Shown here in pieces: positions 51,085 through 62,690 of a DNA stretch of 64,000 nucleotides. The stretch is from contig NC_042997.1 in assembly GCF_006345805.1 (NCBI RefSeq), positions 186,620,001-186,684,000 on the forward strand. Reading direction: 5' to 3'. The stretch's first letter is position 1. Each line of letters opens with the position of its first letter. This stretch comes from Octopus sinensis (Eukaryota). A model generated the notes under the pieces. That model was not told where the DNA came from and did not search any database. It saw only the letters and a program-made list of their open reading frames with translations. Both the position numbers and the translations under genes were made by a program.

Positions 51085-53845
51085 AAGCTGGTAGACTACT
51101 ACAACCAATATATTGTTACCATTACTTATATGATTACAACCACCACCACCACCACCAATGCCACCATTGCTACAAGCACCACCAACGCTACCACTAATCC
51201 CATTCTTAATACCCAAAATAACCCTATCACTACTACCACTATTACCATCACTACCACCACAACTACCACTCTCTCCACAACATCCTCACCACCACTACAA
51301 CCACCACTAATACTGCTATCACAGTTACTGTGGCTATCACCACCACAATACTGCTACCACTACCATCACCCCACTACTGCTACCACTATTGATTCCATCA
51401 CTAATACTATTATCGTTACTACTGCTACCACAACCACCACTACCACCACCAGCACCATTACCACTACTACTACTACTACCAGTACACCACCACCACCACT
51501 ACTACTACCAGTGCAACCACCATCAACACCACCACCACCACAAATACTACCAGTGCCACCAACATCATCACTACCACCACCACTACTACTACTACCAGTG
51601 CCCCACCACCACCATCACCACCACTACTACCAGTGCCACCAACATCATCACCACCACCACCACTACTACTACTACCAGTGCACCACCACCACCACTGCCA
51701 TCACCAGCATCACTGCCATCACCACCACCACCACAAATACTACCAGTGCCACCACCATCACCACTACCGCCATCATCATCACCACCACCACCACTACTAC
51801 TACTACCAGTGCACCACCACCACAAACACCACCACTACCACCATCACCACCACCACCACCACCACCATATGAATTGGATGCTGGAAATGGAAAGTGATTC
51901 CAAAAGCACAGCTGTTCCTCTTATCGTAGACAAACTCTAGATATGATGATGAATGGTGCCACTCTGAACTTCCATTCAAAAACCAATAATTCCTATTGCA
52001 ATCATCTCTGCAGGCAGTTTGTTTTCCTTTCAATCTCATTTTATGAAATCCTGTCCTAAATGCCCTCCCCCTACTACCACGACCACGACCACCACCACCA
52101 ACAACAACAACAATGATAACAATGCCAATGACAAGACCATCACCATCGTCATAATTATCATTGTTGCTGCCACTGCTGTCATCACCAAGATCATCACTAT
52201 TGTTGTCAATACTATCGTATAACTGTAATGCTATCATTGGTTGTGTTACCATCGCCGGCACCATCGCCATCATTATCATCATCGCCGCCACCATTGCCGC
52301 CACCATCGTCGTCATCATTACTATGGACATCCGTTGTCATCTCATCGACATCACCAGTGTGATGCTTAGCACATTGTCTTCACTGCCACCACCACCACCA
52401 CGACTATTATACTACCATAACATTAACACCAGAATCATCGCCACCACCACCACCACCACCACCGCTAACATCATCATCACCGTCGCCAACACCATCACCA
52501 TCACCACCACCACCATCACCACAACTATTATACTTCCATCACATTGCCACCACAATCATAGCCACCACCACCACTAACACCATCACCATTGCCAACACCA
52601 CCACCACCACCAGCACCTGAACACCAACACCATGAACACTAACACCACCACCACCACCACCACAACAACAACTATTATACTACCATAACATTGCCACCAC
52701 AATCATCGCCACCACCACCACCACTAACACCATCACCACCAACACCATCACCACCAACACCAACACCATCACCACCAACACCACCAACACCATCACCACC
52801 AACACCATCACTACCAACACCATCACCACCAACACCATCACCACCAACACCATCATCACCATCGCCAACACCATCACCAACACCTGAACACCAACACCAT
52901 GAACACTAACGCCACAACTAACATCACCCCACCAATCATCTCTACCTTCGCCACCATCACCATTGCTCACACAATCATCACTGCCATCTTAACCATCCTA
53001 ACCTCTTAACCATCACCACCTCTCCCACAATTCTCACCACTACCACCACCATCACCATTGCTTCACACAATCATCCCATCACCCCTTCCCAAATCATCAT
53101 CACCTTCACCATCTCTATCGCTCCCCCAGTTATCACCACCACCACCACCGCCACCACCATCACCATCACCGCAACCACTATCACCACTGTTCCCCCAGTT
53201 ATCACCACCACCACTACTATCACCCCTTCCCACTACCATCACCACAACCACCATCCCTCTTCCCCAAAATTCATCACCACCTCCCCATCACCACTGCACC
53301 TCCAATCATCACCACCACTACCACCACCACTGCCCCCACAGTCATCACTACCATCCAGACCATCACCACCACAATCATCACCACCATGACAACCATCACC
53401 ATTGTCACCAACAGTAACATCACTCTTAGCCACCATCATCATCACTACCAACCATGACAACCACCATTGACAGCATTGATACCACCGCCATTAGCACCAT
53501 CACCACTCTCGACCCCTCTGCCATTACCTTTAGTACCCAATCTCCACCACCATCTTCATCACAAGACCATCACTACCATCACCACCACCACCACCATTAC
53601 CATTACCACCAATCACCACAGTTAACACCAATGCCAACACTTCATAGCCATCTCCACCACCGTCTTCATCACTAACAACCATCAGTACCATCATCATCAT
53701 CATCATCACTATCATCATCATAATCCTCATCACCACCACCACCACCACCACCACCACCACCATCACCATCATCATCATTATCACCACCACCATAATCATC
53801 ATCATCATCATCGTCATTATCATCACCACCATCACCAGCATATGT
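51085..53845. repeat. 2.8-kb (ACC/ACT/CAT)n low-complexity block with higher-order motifs
   Basis: TACTACCAGTGC recurs about 8 times in 51470-51815; (AACACCATCACCACC)n at 52720-52860. Confidence 0.9.
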
Positions 53846-54129
53846 AACCATTGGCATCATGAGAACCCTGCAAGCAATCCTTCCCCTACAAACCAGTCCG
53901 ACCTGTACCACCACCCTTCATAAGTATAGGGGAGCTTCCAGAAAGAAGCTCTTACATCAATACTATTTCTCATTTTTTTCTATTCATTTCCTTTTGTTGT
54001 TTCCTTTTTTTTATTGCTTTTAGCAATATTTTGTTTACTTTTTTTAAAAATTTTTTTATGTTGTAGTTGCTTTTTTTTTTTACAGTTGCTTGTTCAAAAG
54101 TAATTTCTCTGCAAAAGAATAATAATAAA

Positions 54130-54164
<35 letters not shown>

Positions 54165-54202
54165 CAACAACAATAACAACAACAACAATAATACTAATAG
54201 TA

Positions 54203-54262
<60 letters not shown>

Positions 54263-54280
54263 TAATAACAATAATAATGG

Positions 54281-54311
<31 letters not shown>

Positions 54312-54396
54312 GGTGATGATGATGATGATGATGATGATCACTCTTACAGAATTAACCACGGCAAGTAAAACCAAGAGTTCCAAGAAACAAAATGGA

Positions 54397-54438
<42 letters not shown>

Positions 54439-55914
54439 TATGATGATGATGATGGAAATGATGATGATGATGATGATATCTTACTATTATTATTGTTATT
54501 ATTATTATATTATTATTATTATTATAACTATTTTAGTTATTATTATTATTACTATCATTATTATTATTATTATTATCATTATTATTACTGTTATTATTAT
54601 TGTCATTATTATTATCATCATCATCATCATTATTATTGTTATCATTATTATTATTCAAAGAAAACCATTATTATTGTAGTTGCTATTGCAGTTGTTGTAT
54701 GATGAAGCAAGCAGACAGACGTCTCTAAGAGAGTTCTGCAAAGAAAGTAATTTTTAACCAGATTACTTTATGAAAAAAAAAGTTCATTCATTTTTTTTTC
54801 TGTTATAGTTTTCCTAATGGAAGGCTTTCAGATTGGTTGTGGGTCTACTCCATTACCTGTGGTAGAATAAAGATTTGTCTTTACACGTTTAAAACTGTTT
54901 ACACATTTTTGACAAATAGCCATTTGAAATTTTTTTTTAGACATGTTACAAAATGATCTCCTCAGAAGAATTGAAGGAGGTGTTAACCAGAATGGTTACA
55001 GTGATAGCCTCAACAAACACATCCCCATTTGTTATTATTTTAATTTTATTTTCAAATGAGAAAATAGAATTTAAAAGAAAAAAAAATTACAAACATTGAA
55101 AATATCAAACATAGAAACAAAGCTTCAAGCTTAAACACATTTGTACAATAGGAAACTTTTTAAAAAAAGAATAGTTTTGAAAAGATTCATTTGAATAAAA
55201 ACTGAAAAAACTCTGAATGACAACAACACAAACAAGATTCTATTATTTGTAATGTTGTGGATCCAAAGAAGCACAACTTGAATGAGCTCAAGGACAAGGA
55301 GAAGAGTTGACAGGATATGTGACAAATGACAGGACCTCTTTGCCTGAGGATTTATTTAGCAAAGAGCAAGGAGGAAGGTGACATACCTCAGTTTTTCAAA
55401 AGAACAGAAGCAGTTTTTTTATGTCCTCAAAAATGGACCAAGAGGAAGACCTACTGATGTGAGGTTGGATGAGCTCCTCGTTGAGTGAGGAAGAGCATAT
55501 GAAAATGTGTATCTAGTTTTGAAGACCAAAGGCAAGATGAAACAACTAGTTGAGCTGGTATGTCACATGCTTGGACACTGGTTATTTCTATAGTACATGG
55601 GTTTTTTAAATATTGGTTTCAAATTTTGGCACATGACATGACCAGAGATGCACATATTGTCAGCCACTGAGGGACATGCTCAAGGTGTTAAGGTCAAGCA
55701 TCTGATAAGCATATCTGTGGTACTGAGCAGAATATTTGCTATAACAATATCATATTTCTGCTTCAACAACTCAGCACTGAATCTGTCTGAAATGTAATGG
55801 AAAAATAGGTCAATTTCAAAATATTGGTGTCCAGGTCACAAAAGCAAAGTTTGAAATGAATAGTTGCCATTTCTTTTGATTTCCAGATAGAAACAAATAG
55901 GAAATAACACTTAC

Positions 55915-55945
55915 CGACCAAAGACAAACACGAATCAAAAGTTTG
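55915..55945 (-). CDS. candidate exon, QTFDSCLSLV
   Basis: TATTTTACTATAACACTCTGTAG acceptor and TCG|GTAAGT donor; 31 nt; phase-compatible with 60691-60730. Confidence 0.2.
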
Positions 55946-56140
55946 CTACAGAGTGTTATAGTAAAATACATTTAAAGCTTCTCTTCACAAATAACTACAG
56001 ATTTTTAGAATCACTTTTGGATAACCTTTTATCTACAACCTGTAAATACTAGTTTAAACCAGCCATTTCTGGCCTCTGTATTCTACTTTGTTTTTACGTT
56101 CAAACCAGCTAAATTCAGTCTGTACACTTACCTTGCAATT

Positions 56141-56548
56141 CTCTTTACTCTCTTTTACTTGTTTCAGTCATCTGACTGTGGCCATGCTGGAGCACCACCT
56201 TTAGTCAAGCAAAATGACCCCAGGACTTATTCTTTGTAAGCCTAGTACTTATTCCATCGGTCTCTTTTGTTGAACCGCTAAGTTACAGGTACATAAACAC
56301 ACCAGCATTGGTTGTCAAGCGATGTTGTGGGGACAAACACAGACACACATACATATATATACACATATACATATATATGACGGGCTTCTTTCAGTTTCCG
56401 TCTACCAAATCCACACACAAGGCTTTGGTTAGCCTGAGGCTATAGTAGAAGACACTTGCCCAAGGTGCCACGCAGTGGGACTGAACCTGGAACTATGTGG
56501 CCATGTGGTTGGTAAGCAAGCTACTTACCACACAGCCACTCCTGCGCC
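56141..56548 (-). mobile_element. SINE family A, full length
   Basis: Complete head-to-tail match. Confidence 0.88.
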
Positions 56549-56562
56549 TTAATAAAAACATA

Positions 56563-56635
56563 CACCCAGCATGGGGCTTGAATCCATGACTCCAAGATTA
56601 AGAGTCTCGTGCTCTACCGACTGAGCTAGCTGGGC
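56563..56635 (-). tRNA. tRNA-Lys(CTT), degenerate or possible pseudogene
   Basis: GCCCAGCTAGCTCAGTCGGTAGAGCACGAGACTCTTAATCTTGGAGTCATGGATTCAAGCCCCATGCTGGGTG, 73 nt; cloverleaf pairs, anticodon CTT, downstream TTTTT; G53A leaves a T-stem mismatch and weakens the B-box. Confidence 0.85.
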
Positions 56636-57489
56636 ACTCTAAAACTAAACAATCACATCATTGAAATCTCGAAGATACAAGACAATGCATGATGAATTCA
56701 AAACAATGAATAAATTAGCTTTGCAACTGACGGAGTAATCTGCATGTGAAAAGGTTAAAGAAAACACAATGTGTTTCTGATGTGGAAATCCAAAGAAATT
56801 TTGGAGAAAATATAGAAACAAATGAATAAGTAAAATGGTATGGTGGTTATGCTTATTCTGATACACCAGGATTCTTATATTTTGTTAGAAGTTTTATGAA
56901 TAATTATATTTGATAAACTAATAGGTTTATCTTGTATGATAGCAGTTAACTTCAATGCGGTTTTCCGACATAAGAAGGTTTCCCCATCTCTGCTATATAC
57001 CATATTTAAGGAATAACTCAATGGCAAATATAATATCAAAAATATGTTATATGATATATTATAGCTTAGTGTATCTTTTGGCCAAACAGTATTTCTATGC
57101 TGTGCAAGACTTTAGAATTACTTGCTGGCAAATAAAATGCTCCAAGTATTTACCTTCAAAGAAAATACTTGAAGAAAACTAGCAAGGGAGTATATCTTGA
57201 GAGATAGCTATATGTTATCAAAAGCATATATACCATACTTTCAGGCAACTGATTATGTGTGATTACAGGGGAAAAGAAGTAAAGCCTTTTGTTACTGCTT
57301 AAAGTCAAAGGTGAACGGAATCAGATCTCATTATAACTATTTAAATGTACGTTTTCAAGGGGATTTAGCTAAATGCATGTACACGCACTGGGTCACGCTC
57401 ACAAAAACATAGATATAAGTACCACACACAAATATATATATATATATATACACACACACATATATATCCATATATATTATATACATATA

Positions 57490-57536
<47 letters not shown>

Positions 57537-57754
57537 GTTATATATGTATATATATGTGGGTATGTTTGTAAGTATGCTTACATGTGTACACACATATTGA
57601 GATACCATTGCTATGTATGAATGCATGTATGTGTGAGTGTATGATATATATATAATATATATATATGTGTGTGTGTGTGTTGTGTGTGTGTGTGCATGCG
57701 TATTGATGGAAAGCTAGATAGTTATATACATTATTAACACATACATACATATGT

Positions 57755-57803
<49 letters not shown>

Positions 57804-57806
57804 TAA

Positions 57807-57857
<51 letters not shown>

Positions 57858-58240
57858 TGCATAAATATGTATACAGATATGCATACATACATATGCAGGC
57901 ACATGTTTAAACAAGATTATAGAAGTCTAAAATTAAAACCCACATTACACATTAAAAACATGCTTGCATGCATACAAACACTCATACATACACATACACA
58001 TACACACAAACACACTCATACATGCATGCACACACATGAACATATAAACAATATCATATTAAAAACACAGCTTATAGCTCTCTTTTATGCGACCGCATAT
58101 TGGTGAATGCTTCATGCACACACATATGAATAACCATATGAACACAATAGCTTAATGATGAAAATGTGGAACTTAGAATAGCAGAGGGCATATCAAGAAG
58201 TAAGCTATTGTGGAACAGTTTCAATTGATCTTCATTATAG

Positions 58241-58365
58241 TTACAGAGGTGAAGTTGACCAAAGGCAAACTGCCAATTGGCTTACTTGTGGTTATATTCT
58301 GGAGGCTCAGTATTTAGAGAGATTTCGTGCCAAATCTATTCCTCGCAGGCTTATATCTCTCCGAG
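58241..58365 (+). CDS. candidate exon, YRGEVDQRQTANWLTCGYILEAQYLERFRAKSIPRRLISLRG
   Basis: TTCATTATAG acceptor and GAG|GTATAG donor inside a 90-codon stop-free frame (58182-58451) in non-repeat sequence. Confidence 0.25.
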
Positions 58366-58492
58366 GTATAGTTGTTATAAAGGACAAAGTTTACTTCTTT
58401 TTTTTTTTTTGTATTTTTATGTTCTTGCCTGTGACCATTAAGATTGAACCATGAACAGCATTGTGTAAAATACATTATATATATATATGTAC

Positions 58493-58544
<52 letters not shown>

Positions 58545-58551
58545 ATATATA

Positions 58552-58962
58552 CTCTCTCTTTTACTCTTTTACATGTTTCAGTCATTTGACTGCGGCCATG
58601 CTGGAGCACCGCCTTTAGTCTAGCAAATCGACCCCGGGACTTATTCTTTGTAAGCCCAGTACTTATTCTATCGGTCTCGTTTGCCGAACCGCTAAGTGAC
58701 GGGGACGTAAACACACAAGCATCGGTTGTCAAGCAATGCTAGGGGGACAAACACAGATACACAAACACACACACACACACATATATATATACATATATAC
58801 GACAGGCTTCTTTCAGTGTCCGTCTACCAAATCCACTCACAAGGCATTGGTCGGCCCGGGGCTATAGCAGAAGACACTTGCCCAAGATGCCACGCAGTGG
58901 GACTGAACCCGGAACCATGTGGTTGGTTAGCAAGCTACTTACCACACAGCCACTCCTGCGCC
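58552..58962 (-). mobile_element. SINE family A, full length, young
   Basis: Very close to 18562-18961, including shared GGCATTGG and GCTATAGCAG variants. Confidence 0.9.
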
Positions 58963-58968
58963 TATGTA

Positions 58969-59011
<43 letters not shown>

Positions 59012-59084
59012 GTATATATATATGTATATATATATATGTATATGTATATATATATGTATATGTATATATATGTATATATATATG

Positions 59085-59123
<39 letters not shown>

Positions 59124-59125
59124 AT

Positions 59126-59436
59126 GTGGAGGCGCAATGGTCCAGTGGTTGGGGCAGCGGACTCACGGTCATAGGATCGTGGTTTCGATTCCCAGACCGG
59201 GCGTTGTGAGTGTTTATTGAGCGAAAACACCTAAAGCTCCACGAGGCTCCGGCAGGGGATGGTGGCAATCCCTGCTGTACTCTTTCACCGCAACTTTCTC
59301 TCTCTCATTCTTCTGTTGGCCTGCTCACTTAGCCAGCGGGGTGGCGTCATATGAAGGCTAAAACAATGCGAAGTGCATTGTGATCAGCGATGTGGAGCAA
59401 CGTCTGATAGCCTGGTCGGTCACATGATCACGTGAT
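59126..59436 (+). mobile_element. SINE family E, full length
   Basis: A-box TGGTCCAGTGG, B-box GGTTTCGATTCCC, tail GTCACATGATCACGTGAT. Confidence 0.85.
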
Positions 59437-59448
59437 ATATATATATAT

Positions 59449-59675
59449 GGCGAGCTGGCAGAAACGTTAGCGCGCCGGGCGAAATGCTTAACAGTATTTC
59501 GTCTGTCGTTACGTTCTGAGCTTAAATTCCGCTGAGGTCGACTTTGCCTTTCATCCTTTCGGGGTCGATAAATTAAGTACCAGTTACGCACTGGGGTCGA
59601 TGTAATCGACTTAATCCATTTGTCTGTCCTTGTTTGTCCCCTCTATGTTTAGCCCCTTGTGGCCAATAAAGAAAC
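59449..59675 (+). mobile_element. SINE family B, full monomer
   Basis: GGCGAGCTGGCAGAAACGTTAGC...TTCTGAGCTTAAATTCCGC...AGCCCCTTGTGGCCAATAAAGAAA. Confidence 0.85.
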
Positions 59676-59751
59676 ATATATTACTCTTTTACTCTTTTAT
59701 ATGTATATATACATATATATATATTACTCTTTTACAGTTTTATATATATTT

Positions 59752-60077
59752 TCTCCCTCAGTCACAGCTTCAGGATGGTGTTTAGACCATTTGTCAGCGG
59801 TTTTGATTTTATAATGCCAACATTTTGTCCAGTGTAAATACTGGCCGACTCTGTCATGTCTTGCTTTATATTCTACAGGTGCTAAGACTCTACACCCCGA
59901 GATTAGGTGGCCTATAGTTTCAATCTCATCATTACAGAATCGGCATTTTGGGTCAGCTCCATTTTTATCACATTGGCTTGGTAGTGCCAGGTTAATAAGC
60001 TTTGGTCTTGAGCAGCTAATATGAAACCTTTACCCTCTGCTTTTAGCCCTGAGCTTCGTAACCATTGATGCGTGTGT
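59752..60077 (-). mobile_element. R4/Dong-like LINE fragment (CCHC region)
   Basis: WLRSSGLKAEGKGFILAAQDQSLLTWHYQANVI / KNGADPKCRFCNDEIETIGHLISGCRVLAPVEYKARHDRVGQYLHW, with one frameshift. Confidence 0.88.
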
Positions 60078-60095
60078 ATTATTATTATTATCATT

Positions 60096-60151
<56 letters not shown>

Positions 60152-60209
60152 TATTATTATTATTATTATTATTATTGTTGTTATTATTATCATTATCATT
60201 ATTTATTAT

Positions 60210-60400
60210 TCACTTAACTCCTCCTGATTTATCTATGTCCATGTCAAGTCCCAGCTCCATCCCACAGCTTAGAAATGCAACACTTTCCTCAACACATGAG
60301 CTGTTCCAAGTATTGCTGCCATTTGAATATTTCCTAAGAAGTTTGTGACATTTTATGCCAAAATATTGCTCTTTTTGAGATGGATTATTATTGATATCAC

Positions 60401-60459
<59 letters not shown>

Positions 60460-60592
60460 GCATTATCACTATTATTATAACTATCTCTATCACAGGTTTT
60501 GTTGGAGCTCCTGGAGTCTTGCATAGTGGGATTACTACCTGCAGCCTACGGTACCATGCTATTCGTTCTTTTCAGCTAATACTTTCCTCATT
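60210..60592 (-). mobile_element. two R4/Dong-like LINE 3' ends separated by (TAA)n
   Basis: IQMAAILGTAHVLRKVLHF* plus UTR (60210-60390), and RKVL... plus UTR (60478-60592); each is followed by TAA repeats on the minus strand. Confidence 0.65.
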
Positions 60593-60640
60593 TATTATTA
60601 TTATTATTATTATTATATTATTATTATTATTATTATTATG

Positions 60641-60673
<33 letters not shown>

Positions 60674-60690
60674 GGCCTTTTCTTGCTCAC

Positions 60691-60730
60691 CTTCAAATTA
60701 TTCCTGAAGCCTTTCGTGGGGAAAGGTTTT
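60691..60730 (-). CDS. candidate exon, KPFPTKGFRNNLK
   Basis: Long polypyrimidine tract TTTTCCTTCTTTCCTTTTTGCTTTTGCTTCATTCATGTACAG and AAG|GTGAGC donor; 40 nt, one open frame. Confidence 0.35.
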
Positions 60731-60862
60731 CTGTACATGAATGAAGCAAAAGCAAAAAGGAAAGAAGGAAAACATCATAGTGAAGGGGAACTCCGATCCA
60801 TCTCAGGAAGTTGTATGTTTTCTTTAAATTATCTCTCTTTTAATTATATCTGTGTTTATGTG

Positions 60863-60899
<37 letters not shown>

Positions 60900-61592
60900 T
60901 CTTTTTTTTCCTTAAATAGTTTGGATAATTAAAAAAAAATTATTAATATGTCTTTCAATAGATTGTATAATGTCTTTACCAGTCACCTTCATTTTCACAT
61001 AACCCTGTTGCATTTGTGCCCCAGCATGGCCACAGCTCGTGAGCTGAAACTAGATAAAATAAAAATGAATAAAAAATAAAATATATCTGTAACACCTTTG
61101 TATATGTTTCTTTATTGTATAGGCCTTGGTGGCAATAATAAGAAACAATTATTGTTAGAAAACATCATCATCATTATTTTTTTCTTTCTTTTTATTACAT
61201 TAAACCTATTTACATGCAAAACCCACACAATAATACACACTCACATTCATACACACACACACACACACACATTCTTTGTTTTGTCCTGTTCTGTCCCTAA
61301 TGTTTTTCTTAATGTAAACCCTTTGTGGTCAATAAAGAAATCATTGCAGAGGAAGCTGGCAAGTCGGCATTGTCATTAGCACACAAGGCAAAATGCTTAG
61401 CAGCATTTCATCCGTTCTGAGTTCAATTACCACTGAGGCCTACTTTACCTTTCATCCTTTCAGGGTTGATAAATTAAGTACCAGTGAAACACTGGGTTAA
61501 AATAAGTACCAGTTGTGTATTGGGGTTGATATAATTGACTATCTGCCTTCTCCAAAATTTCAGGTCTTGTGCCTATAGTAGAAAGTATTATT

Positions 61593-62050
61593 ATTCAAAT
61601 TCGATGACTGGTACTCATGCCAGTGGAGCACTAAGCACACCATCCTAGCATGATCGCTGCCAGAGCAACAAACTGGCTTCCATGCTGGTGGCACGTAAAA
61701 AGCACCCTTTGAGCGTGATCGTTACCAGCATCGCCTTACTGGCATGTGAAAAAACATTCGAACAAGGTCGTTACCAGTGCCACTGGTCTGGCTCCTGTGC
61801 AGGTGGCACATAAAAAACACCATTTGAGCATGGCCGTTGCCAGTACCTCCTGTCTGGCCCTCGTGCCGGTGGCACGTAAAAGAACCCACTACACTCTCGG
61901 AGTGGTTGGCGCTAGGAATGGCATCCAGTTGTAGAAACTCTGCCAGATCAGATTGGAGCCTGGTGCAGCCATTTGGTTCACCAGTCCTCAGTCAAATCAT
62001 CCAACCCACGCTAGCATGGAAAGTGGATGTTAAATGATGATGATGATGAT
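61593..62050 (+). mobile_element. family C retroposon, long form
   Basis: Four hairpin units, conserved 3' part, (TGA)n tail. Confidence 0.85.
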
Positions 62051-62484
62051 CATCATCATCATCATCGTTTAGCATCCACTTTCCATGCTAGCATGGGTTG
62101 GACGGTTCAACTGGGGTCTGGGAAGCCAGAAGGCTGCACCAGGCCCAGTCTGATCTGGCAGTGTTTCTATGGCTGGATGCCCTTCCTAACGCCAACCACT
62201 CCATGAGTGTAGTGGGTGCTCTTTACGTGATATACATATATATATAAGTGCCACTATGGCTGGCTTCTGTGCCGGTGGCACGTAAAAAGCACCATCCCCA
62301 TAACTTAGCAGTTCAGCAAAATAAATCGATAGAATAAGTACAAGGCTTAAGAAATAAATCCTGGGGTCGATTTGTTTGATGGGGCTAGTCAATTGCATTA
62401 AACCTTGTGCATATCTGATACTTATTTCATTGACACTGAACAGATGAAAAGTAAAGCCAACCTTGGCAGACTTTAATAATAATA

Positions 62485-62530
<46 letters not shown>

Positions 62531-62690
62531 CATCATCATCATCATCATTTAGCGTCCGTTTTCCATGCTAGCATGGGTTGGACGGTTCAACTGGGGTCTG
62601 TGAAGCTGGAAGGCTTCATCAGGCCCAGTCAGATCTGGCAGTGTTTCTACGGCTGGATGCCCTTCCTAACGCCAACCACTCCATGATAAT
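62050..62690 (-). mobile_element. two family C 3' ends on the minus strand plus family A fragments
   Basis: 62050-62230 and 62540-62685 share CCATGCTAGCATGGGTTGGACGGTTCAACTGGGGTCTG. Confidence 0.8.

Noticed and set aside
51082-51940. 271-aa mucin-like and His/Tyr/Cys-repeat ORFs
   Set aside because: Register shifts among T, P and H runs within one ORF, as expected for slippage repeats.
54940-54995. ISSEELKEVLTRM resembling an EF-hand
   Set aside because: The DxDxDG loop residues are absent and two frames are equally open.
59878-59980. Strong plus-strand acceptor TATTCTACAG|GTGCT with open frame
   Set aside because: It is the antisense of the R4-like LINE fragment.
60710-60812. Plus-strand exon PFVGKGFLYMNEAKAKRKEGK...
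   Set aside because: Its K/E-rich part is the complement of a polypyrimidine tract that gives a stronger minus-strand exon.
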